A stretch of 64,000 nt of DNA from assembly GCA_964270895.1 (NCBI GenBank), contig OZ185435.1; one strand, 5' to 3'. The stretch is from Podarcis filfolensis. Taxonomy: Eukaryota. The notes under the pieces are model-generated. The model worked only from the letters and a program-made list of their open reading frames with translations, was not told where the DNA came from and searched no databases. A program made the position numbers and the translations under genes. Below, in pieces: positions 53,401 through 62,155 of this stretch. Within the stretch, counting starts at the first letter, position 1; every line of letters starts with the position of its first letter.

Positions 53401-56400
53401 ATGAAAACAATATTAGGTACTGATCAATATTCATTACCCAACAGTACAACTACCAAAGTGAATACTGTCTCTTGGATTATGATTCTTTGAAGGTTTTTCA
53501 TGACTATGTTTTGTATTGTCAGTTTCTTTGACTTCTTTGAAGGAAAAAATGGGATGCCATTTAAAAACTAAATATGGTAAGATCTGTTTGCATGTCGCAA
53601 TAGTTGTACAGAAAGGACAGAAAACACCCACACACATGAAGCTGCACAGAAACAAAAACAAAACACCAGAACATTCATTAGTTTTGCAACTCCTCTCACT
53701 TACATACATGCCTTTAACTTCTGTGGATGCTTGCTGGAAAGATGGCATCATTCTTTTGCAAACACCACACCCTAATATATGAGAGAGAGAAAAAGAGAGA
53801 GAAAAAAAAATTAATGACACCATTAAATGCATCTGCATGGACATCAAATGAAAAACACCCCTATATTTCCTGTCATTTCCACTGAGTTGGAGCTAGGGAA
53901 CTTACAACTTAAAACACACTGAATTATTCTTGACTTGCCAAGGTCCAGATTTTAGGCATCTCCCATTGGCCCTATATTCTAAAGCCTTGTACACCTGAGG
54001 CGAACCCCAAAATGGTGCCCCTCTCCTCTCCAGGGAAGAAGGAGAAAAGTGAGGGGAGGTAGATTGACATTGGGATTTGCTGCTCCAGTGGATCCTGCCA
54101 CCTGAGGCAGTAGCTTCACTTTGTCATGTGGGTGGGCTGGCCCCAAGTATGTCTCTTTGATGGTTTGTTCTAACTGCAATTTGCTTTTTGTTTTTATAAA
54201 TGCCATACAGCCGTGCTGCATCATTTAAACCACAGCATTCTGACCGGTATCTCAAATGCTGTATCTAGTTCCCCACTTCACAATACTCTCCACATCATGT
54301 TTGAAGGGGTATACGCAAATCTCTTATATCAGCTCCAATTTCCTTCCAGTGAGAAAGCAAAAACTAGCCTTTGTAACTGAAATGTCTAGTGTTGCAATGA
54401 TGACAGTATTGGGGAAGATAAAAACTGGACAAGTACGAATCTCTCTCCTACCCAATATAAAAAAGAGTTAAGTTATAGAATTCTTGGGGAGTAACAAGAG
54501 TACTTTCATCTCAAAACAGATGCCCAGTACAGGTACGAATATTCTCAAACTAGCTGAGGAAGAGGAGGAGAAGTTGGTTGGTTCAGTTTTGAAACTTGCA
54601 AGAATCCAGCTATTTCAATTTTGTACACTGAAGAAGAATCCTTTGGAGCTTGCCAAGCAACAACAAAACCAGGCCAGAGTCTCTATTAACCAAATATGTC
54701 CTAATTCTACCTAAGACCCATTGTGGCAAGAAGAATATAGGACTTAAGGGAGCCTATGCTGGAATGATATAGTTAGCTGAGCCTACACATGTCTAGTGAT
54801 AGGGACAGAATCCATAAAACTAGACTTACTGGAATCAAAGTAGAACTCAGAAATCTTCAAAAAGGACTCTGTAACCTAAGTTCAGTTAGGTGCTTAGAGT
54901 TAGAGATATATAAACCCTTATTTTCATAGCCATTATTTTGTATCAACCTTGTTTTATCTTGTTTTTAATTCATATTGATCTGTTTGCAGTGGTTTAGTCA
55001 TCTTGTTAAATGCATTTTGCTTTATTTGGCTGAGTAACTGCTTTGCTTATTGTGCACGGGTTCAATTCCAACCTCAAGGCCTCCAAAGCAACCCAGGGTA
55101 AGCTAATAGGCTCTACAGGCTTAATTTAGACAAGACAAGCCGTAGGAATTTAACTGAAGCACCTTTCATCAAATTAAGCACACAGAGATAAAAAAAACAA
55201 GCAATGGCAATGTTGGCATGATTACTAAGAATAGTGGTAATTCAAAGAACCACCTTCATTAGGACCCAGAAGCTTATGATGCCAGACTTTGAAGACTTGT
55301 CAGTAAAAGAGAGAATGCAGCCAAGTCATCATCTGGCTGTGGAATGCTAGAGACTACATGCATACAATGCTGAACAAATCAAAATCACCTTGCAAACTGG
55401 CACTTTCTTCTAATACTAAACAGAACACTGTGGGAGTAGGAAGCAGAAGTTCTTACACAAAGGATAGATACTGACTAAACTGAGCGACTTCTTGGAACAT
55501 AGAGCCTAGCAGCCTGCATCTGCTGCTCAGTATAGAAGGCAAGCCAGAAAATCAGTCTTCGCAGTCCGAATAGCCTAAAATAGACCAATCCCACGCAATA
55601 AGTTTTCGTTAACATTATTGGCTTATTCTAGCACAGGTAAAGGAAGGTCCTCAGCCTTGACCTGTCCTAACTGTTGTCTGTAGGACATTCAAATCTTCCT
55701 GATCTTTTCATCACTGTCTTGTGACCTCTCCTTTCTATAAATCTTAAAACAAAACAAGGTTATTGGATACTGCTTGAATCCTAAGCAGTCCACTTCTCCC
55801 TCCCGGCACACTTTTATACACATACACATACTTAAAAGACATGCAACAAAATAAAACAAAACATTACAAAAACACCAAATAACCCTATACCTTTGTCATT
55901 GCTAGCAGTCAACATTTACATTCTCATACATTTGCACAGCATTTCCTAATTGGCATGTTTTGTGGGCACACATCTTTCCAAAGGCCTTTGTGTTTGAGGT
56001 GCTCATCTCTGATTATCCTGATTGTTTATGTGCCTACTGAAACTATCCCATACCACATTAAAAAGTGTTATGATTTGTGTTACCTCATAAAGCCACGCTG
56101 AAACATGTTATTTTTCCATCTAATACTATATCCCATGTGATTTAATACTGTAACTCGTAGTAACACACCTGCATTTTTCGCCATTCCAAGTCTAGATGTT
56201 ATTAATGGGATAATGATTAGACCCTTGGTCATTAGATTTTTATTTGGCCTGACAAACAAATGACATAAAGCTACTTATGGGTCTAGGTGGACACCTCTTC
56301 TTCTATGATGACAGTTCTTCATGGATGTGTTGTCAGAAAAGCTGCACTACTGGACACTGCAGCCATATGTGTAAATAACTCCAAAAAATCTTACACTCCC

Positions 56401-59400
56401 TTAATCACTCTGAAGAACTGGCTCCTGTGGTTTTAGATCCTCACTTCTTTTCTGCATGAGTTGCCTATAGATCTTAGTACTAACTGTTTCTTTATGTATT
56501 AGATCTAATCTCATGATTACAGTAGTCAGCCTCTCTCTCTCTACATTTCTAACCTTTAAATACACTATGTTTCTCTTGTAACCATTTTCACTGAATTGCA
56601 GACCATTGTACAGGAAAGCCCTGAAAACAATTCTTTCTCAAAGAATTTCCTCACTTAATTTGTTCACAAACCTCTCCTGTTGCAACAGTGTGGTATCTAG
56701 AATCCACACTGGATTTCTGTGTGGCTTATCTTCAGCAATTCTCATTATTATGTTGCACTTTTCATCTGAAAGAAGAGGAGGCCCTTCCTGAAAGCAGCCA
56801 TCTTGGCTGGAACCAGCTCAGCCCCACCTTCCGCCCACACTTTCAAGTACTTCTCCACAAACAAGATCAGGCAAATCAGAACCCAACAGTATAAAAATAC
56901 ATTTGTAAGGGGAGACCTTTGTAAGCATCTTTAGTTTACTAGACTTCAATTAGTGGTTTAATTTTTGTCTTGGGTATACCCAGAACACCAGCAGATCAAA
57001 CTGTCTATGCTAAAAGTTATAACATTGAATGAAAACTGGGGAGGGAGAGAAAAATTTTTAAAGCTGCTAAAATAGTAATTCGGCTCCTCCACAGCCATTT
57101 AGAAACAAGAAAAATATTGCTGCCTCAAATGTTTTCCTGCTTCAAAGGAAAGAAAACTGGAAGGAGGCAGAAAAGCAGTGTGTCTAGGGGGGGATAGTTC
57201 AAACCGACTGAAGGGTCAGATGATGTACGTTGAAGGAAAATACTTTGTTGTTAAAAAAAAAAGTTACTTGCTAGAGAGTAATAGTATGAAAGTGTTCTGA
57301 TGCTATGGACTCTCCCTGAATGAATGATTTACAGGCCTAAAGCAGGCTTGAGAGCTTCAAACCGATATAAAACAGCAGGCGGTTGCATTACATCCTGCGA
57401 GCCAGAAAACAGCGGCCATTCAGAGATAATCCAAAAATTCTGCCTTGTTTGCATAAGTTTAAAAGTAGGCTTGTTAAGAGTAAATCTGTGTGGTTGAAAA
57501 ACATGCCATGACATATAATTGTCAGGGAGCCATAGGCAACAGCGGCCTTAACAATAAAGGGAGCCAGCATTATAGAGAACACTCACCCAAGGAACAAACT
57601 GGAGATTGTGAAACGTGAGTCTGAGCAAAAGCCACTGCACTGGAAGGGGTGAGCCATGTGCTGCAACACCAATTCCATATGCAACAAGCATAGGATGGTT
57701 TCCGTTCTACAACTAATCCACTGTCTTTGGTGATCAGTGGCTAAAATGCGGTAGTATTCAGCCTTGAAAAGGTGAAAACAATACTAGCAGCTATTCTACA
57801 TGTCATCTGAAAGAGCCATAAAACAGCAATAGACAGAGGGAGGATACATACATATCCTCATGAGGATGAGTAGTAGTAATAGTAATACCTGGCCCATCTG
57901 ACTGAGTTGCCCCAGCCTCTCTGTGCGGCTTCTAAAAGAATCAGCAGCCCCGACCCACCTCACTCCAACTGCCTGCGGAGATCATATGTTAGGGTGTCCA
58001 GAGCCGTCTTGGTCCCATGACCAGAGCAGAAGCCGGACTGGAATGGATCCAGAGCCTATATTTCATCCAGAAACCCACCAGATATACTCTTATTTAGCCA
58101 TATTTACCATATCCTATACTTAATTGTTCCAACTTGCCCTTTTTAACAAAAAGTAATAGGCATGCACTGGTATAAGTAGGAAAAGCCTTTGAATATGGAA
58201 TGATACAAATATTACTATGAGCCACTTTACACATCAGCTGTGTTTGCCAAGGAAACACCAATGCTTCTCACAATCCATGTATAATGGATGAATTGAGGTC
58301 TATACCAGTGGCTCTCAAACTTTTTTATCTGGGCCACTTTCCGAATGAAAATTTGCTCATACTACACCAATTTTTTTTTTACTGATAATAAATTGGAAAA
58401 CAAAAACAAAACAACTCCTAGCAGTGCTTGATTTGTAACATAGAAGTAGAGTTGCCATACGTCTGGATTTCCTAGATATTGCTGGGATTTCAAAGGCGGA
58501 AGTGGCATCCGGGGGGGAGGGGGATTTCCGGAAGTTGGCGGTTTGTCCTGGAGTTTAGGCAAGCAAACCAAAAAATCGCCTTTTTGTGTGTTGCAACAAT
58601 TTTGGGGTCCTCCTAAGAAAAGCTCCTGGTTTTTACTTTTTGAAATATGGCAACCCTAATAGAACACAACTACTTTATAACATGATAATGGGACAGCCAT
58701 AATGTATTAAACAATGCAGCTACGTAAGAACATGAATCACTCTCAAAATGAAATTGTATACAAATTTCTTTGCTGTTGAATCTTCCCACCACACTAGACA
58801 TCCTCTCCTGTCACACCAGTGTGGTGCACCACACCCTTTGAGGACCACTGGTCTATTGCATTCAATATAATGAAAAGATTCTATTTCTCAAGTTCAATAC
58901 AGTCTCTATCTCATTTAACAAGGTTTCAAATGACAAAAGCAATTATGTTCATATCTACCTACCCCACGACAATAGCCAGTAGTGGAAGAGAAATGTAGGT
59001 GCAAACTGAATAGCAATAGGCAAAACAACAAGCCACTAACATTCTGCCAGATGATAGATGGAAGTAAATCTTGCAGTAGATGAATAATGAACAAGTTCAA
59101 GATTGTACCTCAAAGGCATGTCTTTTTAGATGGGCAGTTTGGACATATTCACAGCTAATAAATTAAACCTCTAGATTCCAGTTCAGACCCTTAGGTTCTG
59201 AGTAGTAGATGGGAAGAGAAAACTACTTGTGACATGCAAGTCTTTCTTAATAAAGATAATGAGTCCAGTTATCTGAGAGCCTGCAATGGCATGCGTTCAT
59301 ATCTAAAGTGATGGGTTGCATCTGACCTGCATATGAACTTCTTGTTGGGATCCAGGCCCTCAATGATTCTAATGGTGATCCATCTGATATTGACCTCAAG

Positions 59401-60550
59401 CTTCCCCTACATCCTCCTTTACTGGTTGATTACTTTGAGCCAGCAACATCTGCCCAGGAATATTTAAACCCACCAGAAAAGGGAAATTGGAGAGGCAGAA
59501 GGGAAACTCCCTATTAATCTCTCTGAGGAAGGTGAATAACTAGACTGTAGATCTTGGACTGGCAGCTCAGATATCTCTGTTGAGAATCTGTATCAACCCA
59601 ACCACCACCCAAAGCTGTCCATTCCCTTAGAGGGTTCAGTGCAAGGTAATTCACAGTGCACAACTGAAATCAGAGCATTGTCTCTATATTGATTGCAACT
59701 TCACTGGTAGGGTTCTTGTAGACATCAGTCTCTAATAAAGTTTGAAAGCTAAGGAACCAACAGCTGCTGTCACTGGGAGCTATCCAAGGTCCTGTGCCAC
59801 TTAATTCTAGCGAGCTCCCTGCTAATCAAGATCAGCTTCTTCTGACTTCGTCCAGCAACTTGCAAACTCAGCCAGGCTGGAACAGTACAGCTCCCTTTGT
59901 GTGGTCAGTCTATTTTTGTTATAACTCCATATGTCAGGAGTGCTCTGATGGTGTTTCCTGCTTGGCAGGGGGTTGGACTCGATGGCCCTTGTGGTCTCTT
60001 CCAACTCTATGATTCTATGATTCTAATGGTGGGTCAATATGAATTCACATCCATTCATTTTTCAGATGGATTAAGGCTGGAGCAAAGAATGTTTTGGATC
60101 TGGTACCTCAGGCTTCCTAAACTCAGTTTTTAGAACTGAGAGTACAAATATGAACTATAACGGCAAGTCCAGCCAAGTGTTTTTCCTCTCTCAATAATTT
60201 AAGGAGAGTGCTCCTAGAGAAAGCAAATATCTGAAATATTCTTGTGCTATACTGTCAGCATTTACACTGAAATTTGGAGAACTGAGCTAGGAAGAATATG
60301 AAGTGGAAAAAATCATCTGCTAATTGATAACCATATGGCAATCACATACACATGAAATTGAATTTAACAGACAGTCCAGATTGTTTTACTGGACCACAGG
60401 ATGAAAAAAAAGGAAAAAAGAAGGATTTGAGATCTTGCATATTAGATTACTTCCAGGGGGCACAGAACATCAGCATATTAATTACTTACAGGGGGCATAG
60501 AACATCAGCAGCAGAGGCCTATCTTCCTTCTTCAAAAGTCTTTTCAGTTC
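5257..60550 (-). CDS. PDIA5: PDIA5, partial spliced CDS (9 internal exons, three catalytic thioredoxin domains)
   Basis: Joined translation: ELKRLLKKEDRPLLLMFYAPW CGVCKRMMPSFQQASTEVKGMY VLAGMNVYSAEFEKIKEEYNVRGYPTICYFE KGKFLFNFENYGATAKDIIEWLKD PQPPKPQAPETPWSEEDNAVYHLTDDDFDKFTKEHPSVLVMFYAPW CGHCKKMKPEYENAAEMLHADSD RPGVLAAVDATVNKAVAERFHISGFPTLKYFQDGEEKYTLPHLRTKSKIVEWLQN PQAPPPPEPTWEERQTSVIHLAGEDFRESLKKKKHALVMFYAPW CPHCKNSIPHFTTAAELFKEDRK. Colinear with the human PDIA5 protein as I recall it. All junctions are GT-AG with compatible phases. Confidence 0.98.
8071..8120 (+). repeat. (ATT)n microsatellite, probably the tail of a LINE 3' end
   Basis: About 16 perfect ATT units, preceded by gggcggatataaat, which resembles a squamate LINE/SINE terminus. 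Confidence 0.9.
10771..10862 (-). mobile_element. CR1-like LINE 3' end fragment
   Basis: agaacataacaagaacgctgctggatc...ctaaccagatgcc matches the reverse complement of a recalled squamate CR1 3' terminus. The same motif recurs at 15422-15530(+) and about 44895(-). Confidence 0.6.
12821..13103 (+). mobile_element. Squam3-like (Ther1/MIR-related) tRNA-derived SINE with (CTT)n tail
   Basis: tRNA-like head (TGGTGTAGTGG, GGGTTCG), CORE-like body ctggg..accttgggc, (CTT)n tail 13056-13103. About 93% identical by hand alignment to the copy at 27951-28208. Confidence 0.85.
13163..13240. mobile_element. hAT-Charlie-like element, left end
   Basis: Starts CAGTGGTTTTCAACC followed by gggtgcc-type subterminal repeats. 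Right end not identified. Confidence 0.55.
14168..14305. mobile_element. hAT-type MITE, 138 bp (same family as 4947-5084)
   Basis: CAGAAATGGGAAACC...GGCTCCCCACTCCTG with inverted arms cagatgtttttgga / tccaaaaacatctg. No recognisable target-site duplication. Confidence 0.75.
15001..15262 (-). mobile_element. L2-like LINE 3' fragment (degenerate)
   Basis: AT-rich tail followed by aaggcagcttacag...gaagggagttgcag, resembling the reverse of the element at 34990-35316. Family assignment from recall. Confidence 0.4.
15294..15421. other. Assembly gap (128 N)
   Basis: Run of N in the sequence. Confidence 1.
15422..15530 (+). mobile_element. CR1-like LINE 3' end fragment
   Basis: gcatctgattggccactgtgataacaagg...ctgatccagcaaagctgctctta is the plus-strand version of the motif at 10771-10862. 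Confidence 0.6.
17535..17654. mobile_element. Fold-back (palindromic) MITE, about 120 bp
   Basis: taaaccatatgtcttccctcaaataattttgggaactgt is an imperfect inverted repeat of acagttcctatgattctttgggggaagctatgtgcttta. Confidence 0.65.
18492..18622 (-). CDS. PDIA5: PDIA5 exon 14 (131 nt) PQAPPPPEPTWEE...HALVMFYAP(W)
   Basis: tcttcag|TCCACAG...GCTCCAT|gtgagt. Seen within ORF 18484..18693(-). Confidence 0.98.
20373..20406 (+). repeat. (CT)17 microsatellite
   Basis: Perfect dinucleotide run. Confidence 0.95.
20485..20610. promoter_or_regulatory. Candidate intronic enhancer (CRE, 3 TCF/LEF, 3 MEIS, 1 E-box motifs)
   Basis: TGACGTCA 20554-20561; ACATCAAAG 20567-20575; CTTTGAAG 20585-20592; CTTCAAAG 20599-20606; TGACAG/CTGTCA at 20489, 20518 and 20542; CAGCTG 20539-20544. 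Motif evidence only. Confidence 0.35.
21531..21694 (-). CDS. PDIA5: PDIA5 exon 13 (164 nt) RPGVLAAVDATVNKAVAERFHISGFPTLKYF...EWLQ(N)
   Basis: attgcag|AGACCAGG...CCAAAA|gtaagt. Contains the GFPT motif. Confidence 0.97.
22714..22784 (-). CDS. PDIA5: PDIA5 exon 12 (71 nt), second active site (W)CGHCKKMKPEYENAAEMLHADSD
   Basis: ctggcag|GGTGTGGGCAC...AGTGAT|gtaagc. Confidence 0.97.
23230..23420 (-). mobile_element. Old MIR/Ther1-like CORE-SINE
   Basis: Degenerate reverse of a tRNA head and core: gagttcatgactgccatgaaatttgaaacaggg...aacactacacc. Confidence 0.5.
24836..25001 (+). mobile_element. Squam2/Anolis-SINE2-like SINE (degenerate)
   Basis: gggctgtagctcaatgg...gttcaatatccagcatctccaggta head, followed by aaaaccctagagagacactgccag...ggcagcctctatg. 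Related copies at 34647, 37790 and 49135. Confidence 0.6.
27951..28208 (+). mobile_element. Squam3-like SINE with (CTC)n(CTT)n tail
   Basis: About 14 substitutions plus one 2-nt indel over about 230 nt versus the copy at 12821. Confidence 0.85.
28931..28977 (+). repeat. Compound microsatellite (GT)n(GGT)n(GCT)n
   Basis: Read directly. Abuts the repeat at 28963-29443. Confidence 0.9.
28963..29443. mobile_element. Interspersed repeat, RTE-clade LINE-derived (tentative)
   Basis: Contains blocks tttggcaccagcttggctgcaggagttgcc and ccatctcctagatgggttaccttccc...gagccccatctgc that I recall from lacertid RTE-type repeats. Bounded by a (GCT)n tract. Family and strand not verified. Confidence 0.5.
31007..31110 (-). 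mobile_element. CR1 ORF2 internal fragment
   Basis: gcattagctttttttgctgctgcattacactgttgactc...gtggtccactaagacccctaga is the typical reverse strand of CR1 ORF2. Confidence 0.6.
34647..34830 (-). mobile_element. Squam2-like SINE (degenerate)
   Basis: aagtcagaccattggtcttctaacccagtgctatctactctgac...gactgaacctcag is the reverse of the copy at 24836. Confidence 0.55.
34990..35316 (+). mobile_element. L2-like LINE 3' end with GA-rich tail
   Basis: agggccttttctgcagtggctccttgcttgtggaatgctctcc...gttgtgaaccaccctgcgatc...gggtggcatacaaat, then (GAA/GAG/GCA)n. Confidence 0.6.
36513..36582. mobile_element. Short palindromic MITE remnant (70 bp)
   Basis: Perfect 10-bp inverted ends TGCAATCCTA / TAGGATTGCA. 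Confidence 0.6.
37790..37920 (+). mobile_element. Squam2-like SINE, 3' part
   Basis: cctgtctaaaatcctgcagagccactgcc...tagatggaacaatgg...taaggcagcttccta. Confidence 0.55.
39013..39506. mobile_element. GC/CpG-rich composite of CAGGGCCGTCTT-ended MITE-like units
   Basis: GCT(A/T)AAGACGGCCCTG occurs twice in the same orientation (39236-39251 and 39491-39506). The patch has many intact CpGs against an AT-rich background. Confidence 0.5.
41970..42344 (+). mobile_element. CR1 LINE, 5'-truncated 3' end
   Basis: End of ORF2 (ORF 41969..42175: FSLVKRRLRSDKIAISKYRKG...RRFRLNVRRNFLTVRA), CR1 3' UTR ggggttggactagatgacccttgggtctcttccaactcta, and an ATTCTA-type tail. Confidence 0.92.
42760..42825. mobile_element. 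hAT-Charlie-like element, right end
   Basis: aaggtccattggtggaaaaaaggtttgggaatcactg. Left end not identified. Confidence 0.45.
44170..44320 (+). mobile_element. Old MIR-like CORE-SINE
   Basis: Hallmark ctcatctgtaaaatggga...cctccacagggttgt. Confidence 0.6.
44891..45515 (-). mobile_element. CR1 LINE 3' fragment, about 620 bp
   Basis: Reverse of the CR1 ORF2 end and 3' UTR (ctgctggatcagg..., ttgtctaatcctctttgaaagccatc, ccccttgatcattttggttgcc...ccttttccaactcta). Contains an A20 run. Confidence 0.85.
45699..45835 (-). CDS. PDIA5: PDIA5 exon 11 (137 nt) PQPPKPQAPETPWSEE...VLVMFYAP(W)
   Basis: gtttctag|TCCTCAG...GCACCAT|gtgagt. Seen within ORF 45652..45897(-). Confidence 0.98.
49135..49244 (-). 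mobile_element. Squam2-like SINE, tRNA head
   Basis: ggggattgaacctgagaacttcagcatgcaaagcagataatctagcactaagctatggc is the reverse of a tRNA-like A/B-box head. Confidence 0.65.
50032..50103 (-). CDS. PDIA5: PDIA5 exon 10 (72 nt) (E)KGKFLFNFENYGATAKDIIEWLK(D)
   Basis: tttatag|AAAGGG...AAAGA|gtaagt. Separated from exon 9 by a 98-nt intron. Confidence 0.96.
50202..50293 (-). CDS. PDIA5: PDIA5 exon 9 (92 nt) VLAGMNVYSAEFEKIKEEYNVRGYPTICYF(E)
   Basis: attacag|GTACTT...TTTGA|gtaagt. Contains the cis-proline loop motif GYPT. Confidence 0.97.
50665..50800. mobile_element. hAT-type MITE (4947 family, diverged)
   Basis: tagggatggagaacctgcagccctctagatattgctggactacaactcccatca...attcctg, 136 bp. Confidence 0.7.
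51432..51710 (+). mobile_element. Two head-to-tail degenerate Squam3/MIR-like SINEs
   Basis: First head ggagtggtttagtgggcagag at about 51437; second head agtcagtgtggtatagcagg at about 51575 with core ctgggtgatcttgggccag. Confidence 0.55.
52976..53338 (-). mobile_element. Sauria SINE (Squam1), full length with target-site duplication
   Basis: Minus strand begins GGGACACGGGTGGCGCTGTGGTCTAAACCACTGAGCCTAGGG and ends in (ACCTTT)n. Flanked by CATCTCTCCCAATA (52962-52975) and CATTTCTCCCAATA (53339-53352), 13/14 match. Confidence 0.92.
53704..53771 (-). CDS. PDIA5: PDIA5 exon 8 (68 nt), first active site (W)CGVCKRMMPSFQQASTEVKGMY
   Basis: atattag|GGTGTGGT...ATGTAT|gtaagt. Seen within ORF 53434..53847(-). 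Confidence 0.97.
58306..58850. mobile_element. hAT-Charlie-like MITE (outer element)
   Basis: Inverted ends CAGTGGCTCTCAAA / TTTGAGGACCACTG (12/14), flanks GTCTATAC / GTCTATTG (6/8). Confidence 0.75.
58447..58658. mobile_element. hAT-Tip100-like MITE nested inside 58306-58850
   Basis: Inverted ends TAGAGTTGCCATA / TATGGCAACCCTA (12/13), flanks ATAGAAG / ATAGAAC. Confidence 0.72.
59930..60025 (+). mobile_element. CR1 LINE extreme 3' end
   Basis: ggggttggactcgatggcccttgtggtctcttccaactctatgattctatgattcta carries the CR1 (ATTCTATG)n tail. Confidence 0.88.
60437..60510 (-). repeat. 35/36-bp tandem duplication spanning the PDIA5 exon 7 donor
   Basis: Minus strand: TGCTGATGTTCTATGCCCCCT|gtaagtaattaata followed by tgctgatgttctgtgccccctggaagtaatctaata. 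Confidence 0.92.
60490..60550 (-). CDS. PDIA5: PDIA5 exon 7 (61 nt) ELKRLLKKEDRPLLLMFYAP(W)
   Basis: Minus strand: ttttaag|GAACTG...GCCCCCT|gtaagt. Phase 0 in, phase 1 out. Confidence 0.96.
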
Positions 60551-62155
60551 CTTAAAACCCAAAGAGATAAACATGCTATAATTAGAACCCAGAATTTAAG
60601 AAACAATATATCCCCACAGATTTCAGGTAAAATTTCCAAGCACATATAGTCTGGATTACATGTGTCAATATATGGAGTAAGGATTGGTCTGTATTAGGGG
60701 CTTGAATAACAGAATTTACTGTGCCAAATTTAAGGCCAACAGGTTGATGAATTGGAGGAATTTGCTGCATTTAGGTGATAATCCAAGTAGGGGTGTTGAT
60801 AAGGCCCTGGGTCTTTTGCACCAGGTCCCTTCTTTTTTTAAAAAAAAATGCAAAACTTTTTAAAACTTGCTTACAGGAAGTGTAATGGGCTTATGCCTTT
60901 TAAGAACATAGTAAATACCTCCATATCCAAGGTTTCAAACCCATGTTTTATGAGCAATCGAACATGGCCACTATTCACTATTAACATACATTTATGAGAC
61001 CAAGATGGGTCTCTTGTTTTTAAGCCAAGACATGGCACAAATGAACTATGGCTTAGATTTATTTTTATTTTTACTATTGAGAGAAATGCATTCTCTCACA
61101 AACAAACCATTTATCTTTAATATGTTGCTTTCAGTTATTTTAAAGACAACAGTGTGAGCCTGCTAGAAGCAGATGTTTGCAACTCCACAGTAACTACAAC
61201 ACAACTCCGTATAAGTGGAATATTTCCACAGATTTACAAATGAAGCAAACACATTGTTTTCCTGCTGATATGTTTTCATAAATGCAGATAATCCAAAATA
61301 AATTAATGGGGCAAGCTTCCAGTGGGATTTACTCAAAAGGGGTTTATTCAGAACATTTAAGATATATCTCATCTGTGCTGATGGATTTATGAGCAACTTT
61401 ACACCCATATTGGATTTTTGTTCTTTGTGTATTCTCATCACTGTATTTTACCCTATTTATAGTGTTACATTGTGACTTTTTTGTTGCTGTAGTTATAAGA
61501 TTCCTAGAATATTCTTTAGGGAACCCATCAAATTTGGTTGTTTTCTTCACCCCTTTCTCAGCTTTATAGCCAAGAGAATATGGAGCTGAAGGGTATTTAA
61601 AAGTAGATACAAACATAATTTTCTCCTCCAACTTTCTAGCTCAGCTAACTCACAAAAAAGCTAACCAAGGCCCACTTCAGATGTAATAGGAAACCATGAT
61701 TTCCTGCTAAGTGGATGAACTGCAGCTAGCCTCTCACTCCCGCAAACCCCTTTTCTCCTTTGTGTCCAAAACAGAGAAGACTGGAAGCAACTGCTTCTAG
61801 ATTCAAATTAATCACAATTCCCTGTGACATCAGGATTTAGAGAGCTACAATTTGTTTGAACTGTATCTGTGGTGTGTTTTTTTTAATGTAAATACAAGTC
61901 AGAGTCTGAAACCACAGTTTCATCCTGACTTTGCCCCACTAAATCACTGTTTAAATGAACTACAGCCACCCAAGTTTCAACATCACAGGGAACCATAGCT
62001 TGTTTAAAATTGAAAACAGAAGGTTTCACTTTCCCTCTCATGAGCACAAAAGGGGAAGCATGTGAGCCTAGGTTTCACCAGGGCTTGTGCAAATATCAGG
62101 AAACTGTATCTAAATTGGGCTGGGAAAATAAAGATGTTGTTCTCACAGGAGCAAC

